A stretch of DNA of 64,000 nucleotides, from contig OZ220741.1 of NCBI GenBank assembly GCA_965116885.1, positions 4,192,001 through 4,256,000 on the forward strand. The letters are read 5' to 3'. The translations under genes and the position numbers were made by a program. Positions within the stretch are counted from its first letter, which is position 1. Each line of letters starts with the position of its first letter. This DNA comes from Candidatus Latescibacterota bacterium (GTDB taxonomy: Bacteria; Latescibacterota; UBA2968). Shown here piece by piece: positions 57,127 through 64,000 of the stretch. Below the pieces are notes generated by a model. The model saw only the letters and a program-made list of their open reading frames with translations, had not been told where the DNA came from and did not search any database.

Positions 57127-57477
57127 ATGGAAAAGCCAGATTTTAGCGAAGATGATCGCATATTGTCCGTTTTGACGGACAATGCAGATATTGAGGCATT
57201 TAGCAATCTGATGGAACACGCACACGGGCAAGGCGTTAGTGCGGCTGATTTTATCCGCGAAGAACCCAGGCGCACCTCTCGAAAGCGCATTCGCAAGCTC
57301 TGTCTGAAAAACCGCAAACGATCTCTACAGGTGATGTTCCAATCCGTCATCAAATCGCTATGGGATCGTCCTGTTACCGACACATCAGTTGTAGAATCCT
57401 TGTATGGGGGGATGCCTCCACAGTTTGGAAAGCCCCACCGCAATGGTCATACCGACAAAAGGAATGAGGGTGAATAA
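57127..57477 (+). CDS. Hypothetical protein (116 aa)
   Basis: Strong RBS (GGAGAGG), directly after the promoter. Confidence 0.65.
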   Translation: MEKPDFSEDDRILSVLTDNADIEAFSNLMEHAHGQGVSAADFIREEPRRTSRKRIRKLCLKNRKRSLQVMFQSVIKSLWDRPVTDTSVVESLYGGMPPQFGKPHRNGHTDKRNEGE

Positions 57478-57646
57478 TCCACTGATCCTTCGGGCACATA
57501 TTGATGAAATAGAAGCGCTTAGAGATGACCTGTTGCCATCTGCAAAACGCGGACAGGGCGATGCGCGTGAACTCGCGATTGTCCTCCACAAGATTGCAAT
57601 GGAAAAGCGGGATCGTTTGCGAGGGCATACTAATAAACAACCCTGA
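57470..57646 (+). CDS. Small hypothetical helical protein (58 aa)
   Basis: GTG overlaps the upstream gene end, AAGGA RBS, stop 2 nt before ruvX. Confidence 0.55.
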   Translation: MNNPLILRAHIDEIEALRDDLLPSAKRGQGDARELAIVLHKIAMEKRDRLRGHTNKQP

Positions 57647-57648
57647 TT

Positions 57649-58059
57649 ATGGCGCGTATTCTATCCGTTGACTTTGGCAGGCGCCGCATTGGGCTTGCAG
57701 TATGCGACGAATTGCAAATTTCTGTTCGGGGATTGCCCACACTTAAAGTTCGCAATTTCAATGATAGTGTGGCGCAGGTTGCACAGGTCGCAGGAGATGA
57801 GGCTGTTGGGGAAGTGGTTATTGGCTTGCCCTTAAACATGGACGGCAGCCGTGGGGACATGGCGCAGGTCGCAGAAAATTTCGCTTCTCAACTCGCTGTT
57901 TTGTGCAATATACCAGTTCGCATGTTTGATGAACGACTTTCATCGGTGGGTGCAAAACGCGAATTGGATGCCATGCAGGCAAAGAAACGCAAAGGAGAAA
58001 TAGATCGCATGGCTGCTGTATTAATCCTCGAAACTTATTTGCAGCACAAAGGAAGATAG
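57649..58059 (+). CDS. ruvX: RuvX/YqgF (pre-16S rRNA nuclease, Holliday junction resolvase-like)
   Basis: 'VDFGRRRIGLA', 'GLPLNMDG', 'DERLSS', 'IDRMAA..IL'. Confidence 0.93.
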   Translation: MARILSVDFGRRRIGLAVCDELQISVRGLPTLKVRNFNDSVAQVAQVAGDEAVGEVVIGLPLNMDGSRGDMAQVAENFASQLAVLCNIPVRMFDERLSSVGAKRELDAMQAKKRKGEIDRMAAVLILETYLQHKGR

Positions 58060-58065
58060 CCCCTT

Positions 58066-59091
58066 ATGAAACGGTTTCTCTTTATTTTGAGCATTGTGCC
58101 AATTGTGTGCATTTTTGTTGCTTGCGCGGGGATTTTTATTTTTAATCGGCCAACGGGAGTGGGGAAGAAAGAGGTCGAGGTTCGACATGGAGCAACCGTT
58201 AAACAAATCAGCCATCAACTCTATCAGAAGCGCCTGATCCACAGCCCGCGCCTGCTGCAGTTTCTTGCACAGATCAATGGGAGTAGTCGTCGTTTGAAGG
58301 CTGGGATTCATCCCTTCGACGGTCAGATGACGACCTGGGAGGTTTTGCTCGAGTTGGAGCGTTCACGCGATGTCACACAAAATGTCACGGTCCTCGAGGG
58401 TTTAGAAAAAAAACACGTTGCGGCGATCCTATCTGAAAAATTGAATCTCGACCAGAAAAAATTGCTGTTGTTAATGAATAGTGCTGCTTTTTGTATAACT
58501 CTTTCTGTGCAGGCCAAAGATCTGGAAGGCTATTTATTTCCCGAAACCTATAATTTTCCGACAACAGTATCAGAACAACAGGTTCTGCGCAGGATGGTTG
58601 AGCATTGTCAGGCTGTTTTTGATGAACGGCTTCAGAGACGCGCAGATGAACTCGGAATGAGTATTCACGAAGTGATCACGCTCGCATCTATTATCGAAGG
58701 GGAAACCAGTTGGGATTCCGAGCGAGACACGATTGCGGCAGTTTATCACAATCGCCTTAAAAAAGGCATGCGTCTGCAAGCCGATCCCACGGTGCAATAT
58801 GCTATTCCCGGTGAACCTCGGCGTCTGTTTTATAAGGATTATGACTACGAATCTCTCTATAATACCTATCGCCATGCGGGACTCCCACCCGGGCCGATTA
58901 ACAGTCCTGGACGCGCATCTATCGAGGCTGCTCTATTTCCCGCTGATGTCGATTATTTGTATTTTGTCGCCACCGGCAAAGGTGGTCATGTTTTTACGCG
59001 TACTTTGCAAGGCCACAAAGCTGCCATAAGAAGTACCGCGGCTGTAAGAGAAAATACCTGGAAAAAAGAAAAATTGGTGACGGGAGATTGA
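58066..59091 (+). CDS. mltG: Endolytic transglycosylase
   Basis: 'LEGYLFPETY', 'LASIIEGE', 'LQADPT', 'YNTY...GLPPGPI'. Confidence 0.93.
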   Translation: MKRFLFILSIVPIVCIFVACAGIFIFNRPTGVGKKEVEVRHGATVKQISHQLYQKRLIHSPRLLQFLAQINGSSRRLKAGIHPFDGQMTTWEVLLELERSRDVTQNVTVLEGLEKKHVAAILSEKLNLDQKKLLLLMNSAAFCITLSVQAKDLEGYLFPETYNFPTTVSEQQVLRRMVEHCQAVFDERLQRRADELGMSIHEVITLASIIEGETSWDSERDTIAAVYHNRLKKGMRLQADPTVQYAIPGEPRRLFYKDYDYESLYNTYRHAGLPPGPINSPGRASIEAALFPADVDYLYFVATGKGGHVFTRTLQGHKAAIRSTAAVRENTWKKEKLVTGD

Positions 59092-61256
59092 TGCTTTCCA
59101 TTCTCGATGGATTAAATGATGCACAACGAAAAGCTGTACAGGCCGTAGATGGCCCTGTACTCATTCTCGCGGGGGCGGGGTCCGGCAAAACGCGTGTTTT
59201 GACGCGGCGCATCGCCTATCTGTTGAGTGAGTGCGGTGTTGATCCGCGCCAGATTCTGGCGATGACTTTTACCAATAAGGCCGCGGGAGAAATGCGCGAG
59301 CGCGTTGAAGACTTGCTGCATCGTTCGTGCAACACCATGTGGATTGGCACGTTCCACAGTTTGTGTGCGCGTCTTTTGCGATCACAGGCCGAACGCGTGG
59401 GACTGAGATCCAACTTTACGATTTACGATGCAACGGATCAACTCGCGCTTCTGCGACGAGTTATTGCTGATGAAGAACTTTCTGAACGCGACTTTCCAGC
59501 GCGTTTGATTCGCACGCGGATCAGCCAGGCGAAAAATCAGATGGTGGGCATCGATGTGTTTGCCCAGCGTGCGAGTACATTTCGGGAACAGATAATCGCG
59601 CGGGTTTTTCGCCACTACCAGGATGCTCTGAAGCAGAATAATGCCGTTGACTTTGATGATTTGTTGACATTGAGCGTGGAGTTAATCCGCGACCACGAAG
59701 ATGTGCGCCAGACCTACCAGGCTCAGTTTTCACATATTTTAATTGACGAGTATCAGGATACCAATCGCCCACAATACCTTTTTGCGCGTTATTTGGCAGA
59801 AGTTCATCAAAATATATGTGTTGTTGGCGATGACGATCAGAGCATCTATGCGTGGCGTGGTGCAGATATTCGCAATATTCTCGATTTTGAAGCCGATTAT
59901 CCAAACGCGCTTGTTGTGCGTTTGGAGCAAAACTACCGTTCGACGCAGATTATCCTGGATGCCGGCAATGCCCTGATTCGCAACAATGCGGGGCGCAAGG
60001 GAAAAGAACTGTGGACAGATCGCGCACGGGGCGAGAAAATCCGTTTAAAAAGATGCGCCGATGAGGCAGAAGAAGCCCGCTGGATCGCCGGCGTAGCGCG
60101 AGACTTTAAGCGCGATCATACCTACCGGGATATGGCAGTGCTCTATCGCACCAATGCACAGTCTCGCGCCCTTGAAGAAGGGTTCAGACGCGCCGATATC
60201 CCGTATCAAATCGTGGGGGATGTGCGCTTTTACGAGCGCAAGGAAGTCAAAGATGTGCTCGCGTATCTCAAATTGGTGGTCAATCCGCGCGATTCCATCA
60301 GCTTTTGGCGCGTGATTAACACGCCGCGCCGCGGTATAGGTACGACATCTACGGGACGGCTCGATGAGTTCGCCATGCGCGAGGGGCTTGCGCCCTATGA
60401 GGCACTTGCAAATTGCATTGATACAATTCCGAAGCGCACAGCTCTCGCGATGCAGCGCTTTTACGACATGGTTGAGGGTTTTCGCGTGGATATGGAGACG
60501 ATACCCGCAGATGAACTCGCGGCAAAAATTGTCGATGAATCTGGATATTTGCGCGATTTTGAAAAACTCCTGCCGGAAGAACAGATGTCGCGAAGAGCGC
60601 ATGTCGCAGAATTGCTGACAGATATTCAGCTTTTTGTCGAGCAGTCGGACGATGTCTCTTTAGAGGCGTATTTGCGGAAAGTTTCCCTGGTGACAGATGT
60701 GGATCAGTGGGAAAACACCGAGGATGCGGTTACACTGATGACTCTCCACAGTGCTAAGGGGCTGGAATTTCCCATTGTGTTTGTTACCGGCCTCGAGGAT
60801 GGGCTGTTTCCGATTTTGCGAACCGCTGGCGATGACGGCAATATGGAAGATGCGTTAGAAGAGGAACGCCGTCTTTTTTACGTGGGTATTACCCGCGCCC
60901 AGGATCGGCTCTTTTTGTCTTATGCGATGCGAAGGCAAAGATACGGCGGTGCGGTATCCTGTTCGGCCTCGCAGTTTTTGTCCGAAATCCCCGAAGACCT
61001 GCTCGATGCCGGTTTTAAGATCAGTGAGGCCAGCAGCATTCCACGCAAAAAATCGGGCAGAGAACCCGCTCGACGGGTCAATCCTGGAGAACCGTTTTTA
61101 ATGGATGTCGGATCCTGGGTCGTGCATCCCGCCTGGGGACGCGGACAGATTCAAAACCGCGCGGGGTCGGGACAAACAGCCAGACTCAAAGTGCGATTCG
61201 ACGGCGGGGCCGTCAAAACGCTCATGGTCAAATTTGCCAATCTTCAGCCAGGATAG
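59091..61256 (+). CDS. pcrA: ATP-dependent DNA helicase PcrA/UvrD
   Basis: 'AGAGSGKT', 'DEYQD', 'GDDDQSIY', 'HSAKGLEF', 'EERRLFYVGITRA', C-terminal Tudor-like domain. Confidence 0.93.
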   Translation: MLSILDGLNDAQRKAVQAVDGPVLILAGAGSGKTRVLTRRIAYLLSECGVDPRQILAMTFTNKAAGEMRERVEDLLHRSCNTMWIGTFHSLCARLLRSQAERVGLRSNFTIYDATDQLALLRRVIADEELSERDFPARLIRTRISQAKNQMVGIDVFAQRASTFREQIIARVFRHYQDALKQNNAVDFDDLLTLSVELIRDHEDVRQTYQAQFSHILIDEYQDTNRPQYLFARYLAEVHQNICVVGDDDQSIYAWRGADIRNILDFEADYPNALVVRLEQNYRSTQIILDAGNALIRNNAGRKGKELWTDRARGEKIRLKRCADEAEEARWIAGVARDFKRDHTYRDMAVLYRTNAQSRALEEGFRRADIPYQIVGDVRFYERKEVKDVLAYLKLVVNPRDSISFWRVINTPRRGIGTTSTGRLDEFAMREGLAPYEALANCIDTIPKRTALAMQRFYDMVEGFRVDMETIPADELAAKIVDESGYLRDFEKLLPEEQMSRRAHVAELLTDIQLFVEQSDDVSLEAYLRKVSLVTDVDQWENTEDAVTLMTLHSAKGLEFPIVFVTGLEDGLFPILRTAGDDGNMEDALEEERRLFYVGITRAQDRLFLSYAMRRQRYGGAVSCSASQFLSEIPEDLLDAGFKISEASSIPRKKSGREPARRVNPGEPFLMDVGSWVVHPAWGRGQIQNRAGSGQTARLKVRFDGGAVKTLMVKFANLQPG

Positions 61257-61264
61257 GACTCCCT

Positions 61265-61552
61265 ATGTCTGTTTCAAAAGATGATGTCCAAAAAGTGGCG
61301 CAACTTGCGCGCCTGGATTTTGCGCCGGAAGAAGAGGCGCAACTAATTGACGATTTGAACCGCATGCTCGAATATGTTGCGGCACTTGATCAACTCGATA
61401 CAACAGAGGTCTCCCCAACAGCGCATGTACTCCCCCTGGAAAATGCGTTTCGGGACGATGTAATGGGGCAATCGTTGGATCGGTCAGACGCGCTGGCGAA
61501 TGCCCCGCTTTCTGGACAAGGTCACTTCCGCGTTCCCAGAGTGATTGAATAA
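61265..61552 (+). CDS. gatC: Asp/Glu-tRNA amidotransferase subunit C
   Basis: 'VAQLARL', 'FRDD', 'NAP....FRVPRVIE'. Confidence 0.93.
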   Translation: MSVSKDDVQKVAQLARLDFAPEEEAQLIDDLNRMLEYVAALDQLDTTEVSPTAHVLPLENAFRDDVMGQSLDRSDALANAPLSGQGHFRVPRVIE

Positions 61553-61561
61553 GCACAAGTG

Positions 61562-61591
61562 TCGGCGGTAAATTCCCGCCGATTTTCTTTT
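61562..61591 (+). terminator. Intrinsic terminator/attenuator between gatC and pyrG
   Basis: TCGGCGG-TAAATTC-CCGCCGA followed by TTTTCTTTT. Confidence 0.65.
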
Positions 61592-61615
61592 GTCGAACAC
61601 AGATGGAGGCACATT

Positions 61616-63397
61616 GTGAAAAAAAATGATCGCGAACCAAAATACATCGTGGTTGCCGGGGGGGTGATCAGTGGCGTGGGGAAAGGACTCGCCACGGCTT
61701 CTATCGGTAAAATTTTGCAGTACTACGGCTATAAAACCACGGCCATAAAAATTGATCCCTATTTGAATTACGATGCCGGAACGCTCAGGCCCACAGAACA
61801 CGGCGAGGTGTGGGTTACGGATGACGGGGGCGAGATCGACCTCGATTTGGGCAACTACGAGCGGTTTCTCGGCCTGGATTTACCCCGCACGAACAATCTC
61901 ACGACCGGACAAATTTACCACGCGGTTATCGAGCGCGAGCGGCGGGGCGAATATCTCGGGCAGACCGTTCAGCCTATCCCACATATTACTGACGAGATTA
62001 AAAATCGAGTTCAGCAGGCTGCACAGGGGTTCGATATCGCGCTGGTCGAAATTGGCGGCACCATTGGCGACGATGAGAATATCCCTTTTTTCTTTGCAAT
62101 GAAGGGGCTGGAGCGGGAAATTGGCGAGGCCAATATCATGTATGTGCTGGTTAGCTATTTGCCCGTACCCGATCATATCAACGAGATGAAGACCAAACCC
62201 ACGCAACACGCAGTCAAACTGCTCAGCGGGCATGGCATGGTACCCGACTTTATTATTTGCCGCGCCACGCGACCGATTGATGAGGTGCGAAAACGCAAAA
62301 TTGAGGTCTCTGCCAATATTCCAAAAGATCGCATTATTTCTGCGCCAGATGTGGATATCGTGTATCAAGTTCCGATCCATTATGAAAGCGAGCAAGTAGG
62401 TGTTAAAATGCTCGCACATCTGGGGCTAAAACCAAAAAAAGAACCCGATTGGACGCGGTGGACGCATTTGGTGCAGAAGATTCGTCAGCCTTCACAGACA
62501 GTTAAAGTGGCGATGGTTGGAAAATACGTCGAGATCGGCGATTACGAATTTACAGATTCGTATATTTCAGTGAACCAATCTCTCGAACACGCCGGTGCCA
62601 ATTTGGACACGCGCATCGACATTTCCTGGATTGATTCGGCCAGCCTCGAAATGGGAGGGGTCGAAGATGTACTTGGAGAATTTGATGGCATTATTGTGCC
62701 GGGGGCCTTTGGTGAAGGAGGGGCGGAAGGGGTGATTGAAGCCATTCGCTATGCGCGAGAAAACGGTCTGCCATTCCTCGGACTGTGTTATGGGCTTCAG
62801 ATGGCCATTGTTGAATATGCGCGAAATGTGGTGGGGTTGGAAGATGCCAATTCGGCTGAAAATGATCCCGATACACCCCATGCAGTGATCGATATTCAGA
62901 TGAGCCAACGGGAAATTATTGAAGAAAGTCGTTTCGGAGGTACGATGCGGCTGGGAGGATATGTGGCAGTACTGCGCCGCGAGAGTGTCGTACTCGATCT
63001 GTATGAGCGCACGGGGCGCCTGGAAGAAGACGCCTGGCGCATCGATCAACTGAGAAAGAATCCGGCTGAGGCTTTCCGTCTGGGTGTTCTTCTCGACAGC
63101 GAGCGCTGTGTGATTGAACGCCATCGCCATCGCTATGAAGTATCGCCCAAATTTGTCGATTTACTCGATGAATTTGGCCTGATTTTTTCCGGGTATCACC
63201 GTCGAGAAGATGGCACAAAACTCATGGAATTTATCGAGTTACCCGATCATCCTTTTTTTGTGGCTACGCAAGCCCATCCCGAATTTAAGTCGCGTCTCGA
63301 ACAACCAGCCCCTTTATTTTACGGTTTTGTAGAAACTGTTGTCGCTCACGCAAAGGCACGAATTGGTGATACGTCGGTTTCTGAAAAAAGCGTCTAA
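61616..63397 (+). CDS. pyrG: CTP synthase
   Basis: 'GGVISGVGKG', 'HGEV', 'KTKPTQH', 'GLCYG', 'RHRHRYE', 'HPEF'. Confidence 0.95.
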   Translation: MKKNDREPKYIVVAGGVISGVGKGLATASIGKILQYYGYKTTAIKIDPYLNYDAGTLRPTEHGEVWVTDDGGEIDLDLGNYERFLGLDLPRTNNLTTGQIYHAVIERERRGEYLGQTVQPIPHITDEIKNRVQQAAQGFDIALVEIGGTIGDDENIPFFFAMKGLEREIGEANIMYVLVSYLPVPDHINEMKTKPTQHAVKLLSGHGMVPDFIICRATRPIDEVRKRKIEVSANIPKDRIISAPDVDIVYQVPIHYESEQVGVKMLAHLGLKPKKEPDWTRWTHLVQKIRQPSQTVKVAMVGKYVEIGDYEFTDSYISVNQSLEHAGANLDTRIDISWIDSASLEMGGVEDVLGEFDGIIVPGAFGEGGAEGVIEAIRYARENGLPFLGLCYGLQMAIVEYARNVVGLEDANSAENDPDTPHAVIDIQMSQREIIEESRFGGTMRLGGYVAVLRRESVVLDLYERTGRLEEDAWRIDQLRKNPAEAFRLGVLLDSERCVIERHRHRYEVSPKFVDLLDEFGLIFSGYHRREDGTKLMEFIELPDHPFFVATQAHPEFKSRLEQPAPLFYGFVETVVAHAKARIGDTSVSEKSV

Positions 63398-63902
63398 GGT
63401 TCTGTTATGCACCCTGTGTGCCTGCGCCTCTGCTGACCGGATAGAGCAAGCGGCGAATGAAGGGCCGGTTAACCGGGAAATGTGGCACTGGTCCACGCAC
63501 ATTACAGATCGAGGCAAATCCCGAGCGCAGGTTAGCGCTGGCTCTTTTCAACAGGTGTCGGAAGATGAACCCGCGCGGTTTTCCGATGGCGTTCGGGTTG
63601 TATTTTTTAATGCCCAGGGCGATACGGTTTCCACACTGAGGGCTGAACGGGGTGAAATAAACGCATCGGGCGACGATATGAAAGTGTTTGAATCTGTCGT
63701 GGTGGTCGCGCGAGACTGTACGCAATTGCAAACGGATTCGCTACGTTGGCAGCGCGATGAAAATCGCATTATGGGCGAGGGCCATGTGACGATTTCTCGG
63801 CCCGACGGTACAGAGACAGGGGTGGGTTTTAATGCATCATCAGACCTGAAACAGTGGACGCTTTTATTTGTAAATACGCGGATGAGACGCAAAAAGCCGT
63901 GA
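63366..63902 (+). CDS. lptC: LPS export periplasmic protein LptC
   Basis: Lipoprotein-like N-terminus; 'GVRVVFF...STLRAERG', 'LQTDSLRW', 'G.GF....L' as in FCB-type LptC. Confidence 0.8.
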   Translation: MIRRFLKKASKVLLCTLCACASADRIEQAANEGPVNREMWHWSTHITDRGKSRAQVSAGSFQQVSEDEPARFSDGVRVVFFNAQGDTVSTLRAERGEINASGDDMKVFESVVVVARDCTQLQTDSLRWQRDENRIMGEGHVTISRPDGTETGVGFNASSDLKQWTLLFVNTRMRRKKP

Positions 63903-64000
63903 AAAATATCAGACATTATTTTTTTTTGCGATCAGAACTCCGGGGCTTTCTCGGAGTTCTGTTTATATGCACCTGCACGGAAGTATATGCCGAGCAGAAG
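63899..64000 (+). CDS. Exported protein, 3' partial (LptA/OstA-like by position only)
   Basis: GTG overlaps the lptC stop; frame open to the window end; signal-peptide-like, ending 'VYA'. Confidence 0.4.
   Translation, partial: MKNIRHYFFLRSELRGFLGVLFICTCTEVYAEQK

Overview
Gram-negative bacterial chromosome segment. TonB-dependent receptors, LptC, GldF/GldG-like ABC parts and a GWxTD-type protein suggest the FCB group (Latescibacterota/Gemmatimonadota-like); this is an inference. 1-23.3 kb is core-like: ABC permease/accessory genes, two tandem paralogous TonB-dependent receptors, mobA, pterin dehydratase, GH88, DUF547, Pgi, an ArsS-type radical SAM, a SPATA20-like thioredoxin protein, a DegT aminotransferase, an FAD/Fe-S oxidoreductase, acyP and apt. 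A tRNA-Arg(CCT) at 23272-23344 opens an accessory island (about 23.3-33.4 kb). The island holds a degenerate second tRNA copy, an internally deleted nucleotidyltransferase, an uncharacterised three-gene membrane/nuclease module, a 106-bp MITE with target-site duplication, a fused type IIG-like R-M gene, an Abi-like gene, an antitoxin whose toxin is deleted, and an IS200/IS605 element with intact tnpB and eroded tnpA that splits a promoter/operator. 33.4-47.6 kb is a catabolic cluster: 3 Fe(II)/2OG dioxygenases, 3 sulfatases, NIPSNAP, a ThDP enzyme, a divergent DUF1537 kinase, a class II aldolase and an SDR. 47.8-64 kb holds CYTH-CHAD-ParA, TonB, a lipoprotein/TPR/GWxTD envelope operon, ruvX-mltG-pcrA-gatC, an atypical pyrG and lptC. 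All calls come from reading motifs by eye; no searches were run.
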